From NCBI GenBank assembly GCA_964234715.1, contig OZ174282.1: a stretch of DNA of 64,000 nucleotides; one strand, 5' to 3'. A model generated the notes under the pieces. The model was not told the DNA's origin. It did no database searches and saw only the letters and a list, made by a program, of their open reading frames with translations. This stretch comes from Podarcis melisellensis. Lineage: Eukaryota. Made by a program: the position numbers and the translations under genes. Shown here in pieces: positions 11,659 through 23,600 of the stretch (its first letter is position 1; each line of letters begins with the position of its first letter).

Positions 11659-14600
11659 GTGAGTGCCGTCCAATTGAGCACTGGAACAAAATGGAGGCGG
11701 TCGCACATACCACCTGCCCCCAATGTGCAGTGTGCAGTGTGCATGCTAATGAGTGCTTATAGGATTCCCCGATCTCGGTTGTTTGACTTGAATTTTCAGG
11801 GGTTCAGCTATTTTTGCTGAAGACCCGCAACCAGAAATATGTTAAGCGGATCTTAATGGACAGGGTGATAGCTTGTCAGTTATCCCAGTGCTGCCAGTCA
11901 GTGTCAGCGATACTGACCTAAATGGAATGATGCTCTGGCACGATATAAGGTAGCTCAATATAAGTTTCTTGGATAGCTATTTGAAAGCATAGGCAAATGT
12001 GACCAACTTGGCCAGGCAACTGGGCTATTGTAGATGATGCCAGACAAAGGAACCTAGGGAGGAAATGTCCCAACTGAGGTGCCACCACAGAGAAGGCCCT
12101 TTCTCTGGTGGCCACCAGCTTCACCTCCAAAGGTGGGCTGACCTGGAGGAAAGCTTTCAGGTGAAGATCTGAATAGATTGGCAGGTTCATAAGGGAACAG
12201 GTAGCCCTGAAGGTATTTCTCTGCTTGGTTTTCTAGCTTGTGTTTGGCTCCCTGACATACGAGATGTCATTCGCCACACTCACACTATGCTCCCGAGCTC
12301 CGCCCCTATCCGGAATCATAGAATTTGTAGAGTAGGAAGGAACCACAAGGGTCATCTAGTCCCTTGCAATGCAGAAATATTTTGCCCAGCCTAAGTCTAG
12401 AACCCATGACCCTGAGATTAAGAGTCTCATGCTCTACCAACGGAGTACAGTGGGAAAGGGACCAGGCCCTTCAACAGCTTCCTATCGTCTTCTTTCCAAG
12501 ATGCGTCCGAAATTGAGAAGCTGAAGGACATATTTGGCAGAATGATCTTTTTCCTGGAGGAGAAAAGTATGGCAAAAGGTGGGTATAGACTCTTCCATCT
12601 TCTGCACAGAACTCTGCATATTTAATTGGATTTATCACCCACACTATTCCAAGGTCTCACGGTTGCTAGCGGGAATGTTCTCTTTTTTAAAAAAACAAAA
12701 ATTTATTTTTTTAAAAAAAATAAACATACAACAACAAAAAATTCAAGAAAACCAAAAAAACATACAATTCAAAAAAACAATGCAGTGTCGAGATTACTCC
12801 GAACCTCCTGACTCCCCCCCCCCCATCCCTTCCATGGGTCCTAGTGATAATATTTACAACTGCATAACAATACCATCCAAGTTCTATCCTTCCAAATTAT
12901 CCATACTTTCCATTAATTTACAAGTGTGGTTAAAATCCTGCTAATTTTTTAACCTGCTTACAATGGTTTTGTCAATAAGTTGTAAACTTCCTATTCTTTT
13001 TTTAAAGCTCTTGCCCTCTTGATTTCTGGGCTTCCATTTCCGCATAGTCCATCAACTTGGTTTGCCATTCTTCTCTGGTTGGGGTTGTTTCTTCCTGCCA
13101 TCTCTAGGCTAGTGGCATCCGTGTGGCTGTTGTCGCATACGTGAACAGTCTTCTCTGGTCCTTTGGTAGCTTGTTACCTGTAATTCCTAATAAGAAGGCT
13201 TCTGGTTTTTTGTTAAAAAGCTAGTGGGAATGTTCTAGAATAGTAAAGGTAGAGGTAAAGGACCCCTGGATAGTTAAGTCCAGTCAAAAGTGACTATGGG
13301 GTTGCGGTGCTCATCTCACTTTCAGCCCGAGGGAGCTGGCGTTTGTCCACAGACAGCTTTCTGGTTCATGTGGCCAGCATAACTAAGCCACTTCTGGTGC
13401 AACAGAACACTGTGACGGAAACCAGAGTGCACAGAAACACCGTTTACCTTCTCACCACAGTGGTACCTATTTATCTACTTGCACTGGCATGCTTTCGAAC
13501 TGCTAGGTTGGCAGGAGCAGACACAGAACAATGGGAGCTCACTCTGTTACAGGGATTTGAACTGCCGACCTTCCGATCGGCAAGCCCAAGAGGCTCAGTG
13601 GTTTAGACCACAGTGCCACCCTCGTCCATGGGTCCTTTACCTTTTGTTTTCCCAGTAGTGATGTATGGAAGTGAGAGCTGGACCATAAAGAAGGCAGATC
13701 GCCGAAGAATTGATGCTTTTGAATTATGGTCTGGAGGAGACTCTTGAGAGTCCCATGGACTGCAAGAAGAACAAACCGATCCATTCTTAAGGAAATCAGC
13801 CCTGAGTGATCACTGGAAGGACAGATCGTGAAGCTGAGGCTCCAATACTTTGGCCACCTCATGAGAAGAGAAGACTCCCTGGAAAAGACCCTGATGTTGG
13901 GAAAGATGGAGGGCACAAGGAGAAGGGGATGACAGAGGACGAGATGGTTGGATAGTGTCTTCGAAGCTACAAACATGAGTCTGACCAAACTGCGGGAGGC
14001 AGTGGAAGACAGAAGTGCCTGGCGTGCTCTGGTCCATGGGGTCACGAAGAGTCGGACACGACTAAACGACTAAACAACAACAACAACCTCTAGAAGAGGA
14101 GCCATGCCACGGCACCCACAGCACATAGAACATAGAATTCAACTGTGCCCTAAAGGTCACATCCGCACCATAGCTCCCCCCAAACAAGAATCCTAGGAGC
14201 TGTAGCTCATCATCTCACAACACTACCATTCTCAGCATCCTTAGCAAACTATTGTTCCCAGGATTGGGGTAGAGGCTATCGGGCTCATGATGGCAGAAGC
14301 CTCCTTGAATTAGAGCCTATTTTCTCTTCGTGTGACCAGTGAATTAGCTTTACTGCAGGACTGGATAACCTGTGGTCCTTTGTTTGGACCACAGGTCCCA
14401 TCATTCCGGACTGTTGGCCACACCATCTAGGCCTGATGGGATTTATAGTCCCACAACATCCCCATCTCTGCACAGAATCCAGCATTCTCCCATCTGATGG
14501 GTCTTGGACTGCCACTCCCATCAGCCCCAGCCCAGCTGGGCAGTGCTGGTTGGGCTTGATGGTACGAAACAAGGGTGGAGAACCTTTTTTCAGTGTGAGG

Positions 14601-17600
14601 ACTGCATTCTGGTCTGCACAACCATCTGAGACCTAGTGATATGCAAGGCCAGAAGCAAAAGCAGGCAGAACAACTAATACAATGTTTACCTTTCTTCAGC
14701 ACAAACACATCCTCTCTATCTTCCATCCAGGCATGGGATGACACATTACAGCCAGGCAAACTGGCTGAGGGAGACTTCTGAGGGTCAAATGCACCTACAG
14801 GTCTGCATTTTGCCCCTGATCCAGAGGTTTGCCACCACTGGTCTAAAACATCTGAGCAGCACTAGGTTGGGGGAAGGCTGATGAAGTACATAAACTTTTC
14901 TGCCACAATAAATTTCCTGTAGTGTTAAGTCTAAACTTTACATGTCAATACAGAACTCTCTCTTTAAAAAAAAATTGTGTGTGCCCTCTGCTCCCATGGA
15001 TTTGGGAGCATGTCCTACTGATTTACCCTCAGGTAAGGCAGCACAATATCGGGCCCATAATTGCTTTCAAGGGTTCATGTCTCTTAAAGGTTTTGCAATA
15101 TAAAAAGCAAATTGGGGTTATAAATGGTTCCACGAGGGCACTGTGAGGGAGACAGTAAGGCAGAAAATAAGCCAGGGCTGTCACTTTGTAGAATCTGTGC
15201 TTTTCTTCTGGGCGGACACAGGGGTATGCATACCCCTAAACATTTTGTGAATCTAATTTTGGCCTCATTGAGGGGCAGTATTTCCACATGAGCAGGAAAA
15301 TGAGAGTACCCCTAAACATTTTTTTAGAGAGAAAAAAGCACGGTGTAGAATAATTCTCAGCTGCTTAATCATTAAGTTGATTTCAGGCTACATAAATATG
15401 CATATCAGAAAAGAAAAGTGTTTCTAAAGAGGGGGGGATCTGGTTTGTGCTTCATTGGGTGCCCATTTCCATAGCTCCAAAAACGAGAACATAAATCTTC
15501 CTTAAAATATGGACATAATTCATGTGTACAGATAAACTTTTGGGAAGAATTGCTGTTGTTTAAATGCACCCACATCTCACCAAAGCAGGGGAAAACTGAA
15601 AAGGTTAGCCATGCGCCTGCTCAGTCCTTGAGCTGGGAAGCTGGCTGTTGTTAGGCAACTTCAAGGTCCCTACTCTCCTTTCCCAGAGTTCTTTATCTGT
15701 AAAAGCACATAGCTAAACTGTGGAATTCACTATCCCACGGGAGTCAGCGATGGCCACAAACGCACAATACATTTAAAACATAAATATAAATACATTGCAT
15801 GATTATACCAAAAAAACAGAACAAAGCAAACCCCATAACAGCCACAGGAAGGTTTGTTGTGGTGCACTAGTAACAAAACAACAACATCTTAGTCTATCAA
15901 AAGCCAGCTGGAAGTGGGGAGGGGAGATAAGCCCTTCCTTAGCGCCCAAAATATGTCAGCAGTGGCAATGCTGCAACCCTAACAAAAGAAAATAAAAGCC
16001 ATTTTTAAAAACCCCACCTGTCCCATGTATGGAGAACAAGAAATTATTCTGAATATTTAAGGTAGGAAAGGTGATTATACGTTGAAATCATAAAATGATA
16101 TAATTGTAGAGTTGGAAGAGACCCTAAAGGTTGTGTAGTCCATAGCTGTCAAAGTTTTCCTTTTTTAAAGGGAAATTCCCTTATTCCGAATAGGATTCCT
16201 CGCAAGAAAGGGGAAAAGTTGACAGCTATGGTGTATCAATGACAGATGACCATCCAACCTCTGCTTAAAAGCCTCCAGAGTCCACAACGTCTTGAGGGAG
16301 ACTGTTCCACCACTGAACAGCTCCTACCATCAGAAAGATTTCCCTGATCTCCTTTCTGGTAACTTGAAGCCATTGGTTGGAGTCCTACCTTCCAGAGCAG
16401 GAGGAAACAGGCTTGTTCCCTCTTCTATGGGACAGCCCTTGAGATGTTTGATGGTGGCTATCATATCTCCTCTCAGTCTCCTCTTTTCCAGGCTGAACAC
16501 TCAGGGAAGGAAATATGTGGTGGGACTTAGGAAATATGCTTCCATGTACAGTAAGATTGGCCAGTTTCTTGGCTCCAAGGGACAGGGAGAGTAGAATGGA
16601 CCCTGCATTGGCCAAAGAGTGCTGCCCAACCTTCTCCAGTCCAGAGTTCTCCATAGGTTTTGGATTACTGCTCCCATTACCCATGCTGCCTGGGGCTAGA
16701 GGGAGTTGTAGTTGTTCTGAACCGCAGGCCCAAAGTGCAAACTCAGGTTGTCTGCTAAACTTCTGATACACTGTTGTGAATCGCAGACCCAAAGTTGGGT
16801 TTGTGGGGGTGGTTGGGTACAGGGATGTCAGAAACATCAGAGCAATCAATTCCAGTGCTTTATTAAAGAAGGTGCAGACTTACAGCAAATCAGCCTGCCA
16901 GGTATCCCAGCCTTTAAAGACTGCAAGACGGACACTGCAGCAAGGCGATGGCTTGTCCCATGCAAACAATCATATATTCTTTATACACAAGGCATCATAG
17001 GTCACTTGGGCCGGCTGTTCCCATAAGGGCATAGGTGGCAAACAACCCTAATCTTGCAGATAGTTCCCTTTCTGGGTTCCTAGCCCAGCATCCCAAAACC
17101 ACAGATAAGGATAGCATCAAAGCAAGCCAATTAGCCTATATCAAAGCAAGTGAATAGAACCATGTACAGTATGAGCTCACGATTACAACTACCATATTTT
17201 TTGCACCATAGCACTCACTTTTTTCCTCCTAAAAAGTAAGGGGAAATGTCTGTGCGTGTTATGGAGGGAATGCCTACGAGTGGCATGCCTACGGATTTTC
17301 CTCCTCTAAAAACTACGTGCGTGTTATGGTCGGGTGCGTGTTATAGAGTGAAAAATACGGTACCCATTAATTGTGGGGTTATTTTGACTGCCAAGATGGC
17401 CTTTTGCATCCAAAGGAATAACTTGACGCCCTTCTCCATCTGCCCTCATAGTGCCTTATCCCCTGGCAGTTAAAGAAGCTGAGAAGCAGGTTGAAAAAGA
17501 GATGGCACAGCTCAAAGCAGGTAATGTAGAGATATAACTGGACGTGGGGCAAAGGTGCTGCTTTAAAGCTGCCTGTTCCCTCTTTTGAGTCCACAAACGT

Positions 17601-20600
17601 TGTTCCCTCCACCACACAGCCTCCTTTTCTATCTCCAACTTGAAGATAGCTTTGCATTTGCGACTAACTGAGCGTAGGTTTTGTCTGGCTGGGTGCATTA
17701 TCATGTTCCTGGAAAATGCAAGTAGATCTCCTCTTGTAAGTCCCACAATATTTTGCTGGTGTCTCAGCCTTTATTGTGGCTATTAGATGTGATAGCTAAA
17801 TCAGGCTTGTAAACAAGCCCATAGAAGTTAGTAGCCTGTGGAAATATTTACCAGAGGATGGCCAGACAGCTGCACCAGCCTGTTGCGTTTCCATGCTAGG
17901 CATGGAGAAAGGTGCTGGAGTTGCTTTGATATTACTTGGACAATCTTAAAAGGGGATTCGATGAATTCATGGAGATTAAAGGCTATCAGTGGCTCCAGCT
18001 ATGTTCTCCCTCCAGTGTTGGAGACAATATATGAATACCAGTTGGTGGAAATCACAAGTGCAGAGAGCACTGTTGACTCAGATCCTGCTTGCGAGCTCCC
18101 CATAGGCATCTGGTTGGCCAGAACAGGATGTTGGACTAGGTGGGCCATTGGCCTGATCCAACAGTTTCCTTCTGGCAACCCACTTGCTTTTACACTAGAC
18201 AAGAGGAAAAACAGAACGCTCCATTGCTTTTTCCTCCTCCATCACCTTCTCGCTCACTTGCATGGAATTCATTCTTGCTTACCATTCAGCACTACCAGGC
18301 TAGTGCTTAATTACAAGGCTGAATAGAACCAGAAGTTTCTGAGACTGTGTACAATGGAATAACAATTGCTCTGGGGCAAACAACAGGAGAGGTTTTCACG
18401 TCCAGCGCATGGGCTTCACAGAAGTATCTGGCTGATTGCTGGGGTAGAAGTGGGGATGTGATTTGAGCTGTTCCTGCCCTGTAGCAGACTTGAAGCAGCT
18501 AGAAGTGGTTTAGCCAGATAGATAAAGGCAGGTAGTGGTGCCTGAGTGATATAATAAGACTTTTTAATGGGTTAACCCTTGAGGGGAGGACATTTGGACT
18601 CCTCTTCATGTGGTAAATGTTTGAATAGAATCAAAGGCTAGATGGACCTTTGTTCTGACCTAGCAGGGTTGATAGGTTTTTCTACAAGAAGGCTGGCTTA
18701 CCCACGGCCCTCCAGAAGTTGTTGGTCTCCAACTCCAACCAGCCCCAGCCAGCATGGAGGATGGGAATTTGTAGACCAGCTATGTTTGGATGGCTACAGA
18801 TTCTCCACCCATACGTTCATCCAATACAAAAGCTCAAGGCAGCTTGCAAAATTGCAATTAAAAATAAATTTTAAAATGGGTAATAGATCAGAGCTGGTGT
18901 GGTGTGCTGAACCAGGACCTGGGAGATCAGGGAGATCAAATCCCCTACTCAGTCATGAAGTCCACGGGGCAACCACAGACCAGTCACTGTCTCAGGTTCA
19001 ACGTACCTCACAGGGTTGTTGTGAGAATAAAATGGGGGTGGGGAGAAAAGCATGCACGACACCTCAGTTGAACTCCTTGGATGACAGGTGGGATAATAGT
19101 AACAACAATAATTTTAAATTTAATAAAGAAGCAAACAAATAATGCAATTTCCTCTCCTCCTGTACAGCTCCAGCCTGCATCCCACCGTGTGGTGAGTGCC
19201 AAAACCTACTGCTTTCCTAGCCCCTCTTTTCCAGCTTCCCTCCCTGGCTTCTGCTTCTATTCCCATCGCACTCTTTCATCTTCCTCCCAGGGTTCCAGAA
19301 AGAGGCTCGCCAGTACCGATGTTCGTCTTGCACCATGGTGGACTGCTTGCTGCCCATCGATTGCCCAAGTACATCCCTCTTGGTTCTTCCTTGATTTTCG
19401 GGGTCAGGGATATTTGCTGGCCCAGGTGGTGGAAAGATTCTGTGCCAACCGTACCAAGAAGGAACTTGCACTGAGAGCTATGGAAACCACAGAGATGTGG
19501 GAGGGGAGAATCGTAGACTTGTAGAGTTGGAAGGATAAGGAAAGGCCATAGCTTAGTGGTAAGACACATGCTTTGCATACCAAAAAATCGTGGGTTCAGT
19601 CCCTGACATTTAATCCCTGGTATCTGAAGAAATGTGCATGCACATGGAAGCTCATACCAATAATAAACTTATTTGGTCTCTACGGTGCTACTGGAAGGAA
19701 TTTTTTTATTTTGTTTTGGCATTTACAGATCCGGATAGGGAGGGCTCCTGTCTGAAACCCCTGAAGAGCCACTGACTAAAGCTTTGATGATGTTTCAGGG
19801 GGGCTTCCTATGTTCCACATTGCCCTAGTGAATGATGCGCATCAAATTGGGCTCACAGCTTAATAGGAGACTTAGGTTGTGTGCATTTCAGGGGCGTTGG
19901 ACTAGAGAACCCTTGGTGATCCCTTCCAACTTGGTGGTTCTATGATGATTCCATACCTGTGTAAAGTACATTTGAAATATGTTCTTTCGCTCAGAAGAAT
20001 TCTGGGCACTGTAGTTTGTGACCGCTGGTTACTGTAACTCCATGAGGAGCAAACTATCTATTATTGATGTCTTAAACTGGTATACTGAACTTCGTCTGTA
20101 GATCTCAGGGCAGTTCCCAACATGTTTTGAATGTGCTTTAAAGGGATAGCGCGTACAAGGCCACAATGTCTCTGAGCACCATCTAGGATGAGAAATGATT
20201 TCCCCAATCTGACTAGCTCTGCTGAAAAATATATTAATTTGATCCTTTCTCCTCCCCGCTCCCCAATTCCTCATCTCCCAACCTCCCAGTTCAGGATGTG
20301 CATAAATCTGAAGGGGACGTGACACTTCTCAGCTGCGGAGTTAAGTTTGAGATTCCTGAAGACGCAACCTTCCGATGGAAATTTGCCAAGGAAGTAAGTG
20401 GCTCTTGGGTGGCTGAAACAGAGCTCTCCTCGCTAAACCCCCTGCTTGTGAGGTAGCTCTATACCAGAAGATTAAATGCTCCTCACAGTGTCCCTTGTTC
20501 AAAGGTGCTTTGAGCAAGGTTTTTGCTGCAAAAAACCGCAAAACTTTGACTCAGGTTTGGAGGGGACTCCAGATTTTGGGGTTCATAGTTGATGAAGCCA

Positions 20601-23600
20601 TTCTTAGGGCTTTCCTTAATTCCAAGTGTGTCTCCACTGATTTGTGGTGTAGTCCTGCAAATCTTCATTCAAAAGAAATAACACAAAATCCAATGCATGT
20701 CTAACGGTTTGGAGCCCTCACTGCAAGGAGGACTGTGTTCCTGAGGAGGGGTGAGAATGCTTTTGTGTATGTGTAAGTAGCCCAATAACAGATATACTCA
20801 CACAGCAGAATAGCGCTCAGTCTGCAAAGAGGATCATCCCCTGGCAGCTGAAACTGACTGGTCTCAAGACAGTCTTGAAAGTGACACTGAAACCGACCAA
20901 GAAGTCTGGTATTGTTTCATACAACCAGTGCTATAGCTATAGCTTAGGGCCCCCAAAAAAATTTAAAGGGAAAAACCTGGATGTACATTTCCAAAATATA
21001 AGACAAAAAACAAATAAAATAAAACCTACATACAGCAACAGTGTTTGTGTTGTGTAGGCTCCTATTTGTTATGTGCAAATTATAGGCTTTAGATGCCTAT
21101 TAGGTCCATAAATTATAGGCTTTAGATACCTATTAGGTCCATAAATTACCATATAGCATATATTCAACAAAAAAACCAGTGACAATTTGTTGTTGACAAA
21201 GGACAGCTGGACATATAAAGGGCCCCATTACCTTCAATAGCTTAGAGCATGGGTAGGCAAACTAAGGCCCGCGGATCCAGCCCAATCGCCTTCTAAATCC
21301 GGCCCGCAGACAGTCCAGGAATCAGCATGTTTTTACATGAGTAGAATGTGTCCTTTTATTTAAAATGCATCTCTGGGTTATTTGTGGGGCATAGGAATTC
21401 ATTCATCCCCCCCCCCCCCGGCAAAAATATAGTTCTGCCCCCTGCTGAAAATGTTTGCAGACCCCTGGCTTAGGGCCTCATCACACCTAAACCCGGCCCT
21501 GCATAGAACCACCCTTTATTTCCAGAGACAATGCATCTGTGATCCCTAGATGCAAGCAGCAACAATAAGCCATCGCTATCAAGGTCAAGGGGGCCCTGTT
21601 TACTTGCAAAGACACCTGGCTTCCTGCTTGTTGGGAACAGGAACATTGGTGTACTTTTTCTGTGGCCTTGCAAGCTTGCACAGATAGTCCTTGGACATTC
21701 TGTAATCTGCACAAGCGATCACAAGCTCTCAAAATACAGTTTAAAGGCTACGGCAAGGATGAGAAACCTTTTTTCCCCCAGCTGGAGGTCCACATTGACT
21801 TCTGAGCAGGCTTCTGGAGCTACTGGTCGGTGGGGACAAAGGCAGATGTGGACAGAGCGAGAAAGGCAAATTTTGTGTTTGTGCAGGAGGCTCATTCCTA
21901 CAAACACCCTTCCCTTTCTTTCATCCAGGAAAGCAAAAGGCATTATCAGAGTTGAAGGACACATTCCAGCTGAGCAAAAAATGCTCAGGGAGGATGCGAT
22001 GTAGGAACAGCAGATGTGGCCTGGGGAGAGGGAGGGTGGAGAGAGGCGAGTTTTGGAAGCCAAACAGAGAATCTCAGAGGGAAGTATTTGACCCCCCACC
22101 CCTGGGCTTGAGGTTCCCTGCTCCTGATCTAAGGGAAGGGGCAATGTTTGTGTGCCTGAAGGTGGAACTTGAAAAGACACACACACCAGATTTTTCTCCT
22201 TGAGAAAATAATCTATACACATCCCCCTATATTCCATTACTCAGGGAGAAAGACAGATTTGCTTAAAATGGGAGGGGGGGTATGTGTTTGATTTTGAACA
22301 GAGAAATGGCTGGAAAGGAAAAGGTTCAGCAGCCCCCACACTAGACAATCTGCAGCCACCTACAGCTAGTTTGCCTGGCAAAATAAATTCCCCAGGAGAG
22401 CTGGGTGTGGGTGCAAAATTGTGCAACTACACACTATGGGTTGCATTTGACTAACTTTTACTCAAAGTTGGACCCATTTGAATGAACGGGTCTCATTGGG
22501 TCATGGCCATTACTTACAATGGGTCCTCTTGGAATAAAAGTTAGCTGAATGCAGTTCCTCCTGTGTGCAGTTCCTCCTTGACAAGAAGGTTCTCCACACC
22601 TGGGTGCAAAAAATGTTCAGAGGATCCACCAGGATTCGCCTTCATCCAGGTAAGAATCTGAGGAAACACCTGAGGGAGAAGAGTCACAGCATGGCTGCTT
22701 TACGTCATTAAAAACAGTCATAATCATGACTGCATGAGAGGCACACCATATTCAGAGTCATTTTTGTCCTATCCCGTTATTGTTGTTACCATCGATTTAT
22801 CATGAATCCTCTAAACCACTGTCTGAAAGCAATTTACATAAGCAAGATACATAAAAAGCAGCTACAAATGTGAAAACAACAAATATATTTAAAATGAGTC
22901 CGAAATCCTAACAAGGAGAGACCCATTCAACCATCTGGGAAAGGCTGTCAGAAGAAAAATGTCCTCGATTGTTTTAGAAGGTGTACTGGTAGTGACACCT
23001 GTCATATCTCAGCAGAAATATTATTCCACAGCACAGGGGCAGCCACAGTAAAGGCCCTGCTCTGAGTTACTGCTTAGGACTTGTAACACTACATTTCCCT
23101 TCCTTCCTTCTCTCACCCCTCTTCTCTTTCCACTTCTCCACCTGCAGATCAGAACCAACAAAGTTTTCCTCTTCCAAGACCTGAACTTTGGGTTCAATCC
23201 TTCCCTCCTTATCCGCCCCACCCTGGGATCCCACCATGGCACTTTTGCCTGCCAGATCGCCGGGGAGGACGGGGTGCTGGTCAGGAAGTTCTTCTACCTC
23301 AACGGTGAGGAGTTGGGGCTTGTGGCACAAATAGGCTCCTCAGAAAAGTCCAGTTGTTTTTGGTTGGTGAGGCCTAGACTAGCTTGGGTCACGTTAAAAC
23401 CACACCATACATTTTAAGCCCGCTGCTGGCCACATGACCTGGAAGCTGTATGCCGGCTCCCTCAGCCAATAAAGCGAGATGAGCGCCGCAACCCCAGAGT
23501 TGGCCACAACTGGACCTAATGGTCAGGGGTCCCTTTACCTTTACCTTTATACCACTTTAACCAGCCATGGATTCCACCAAGCAATCTTGGGAACTGTAGC

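Noticed and set aside
13539-14045. 168-aa - strand ORF
   Set aside because: Antisense reading of BovB and the Sauria SINE.
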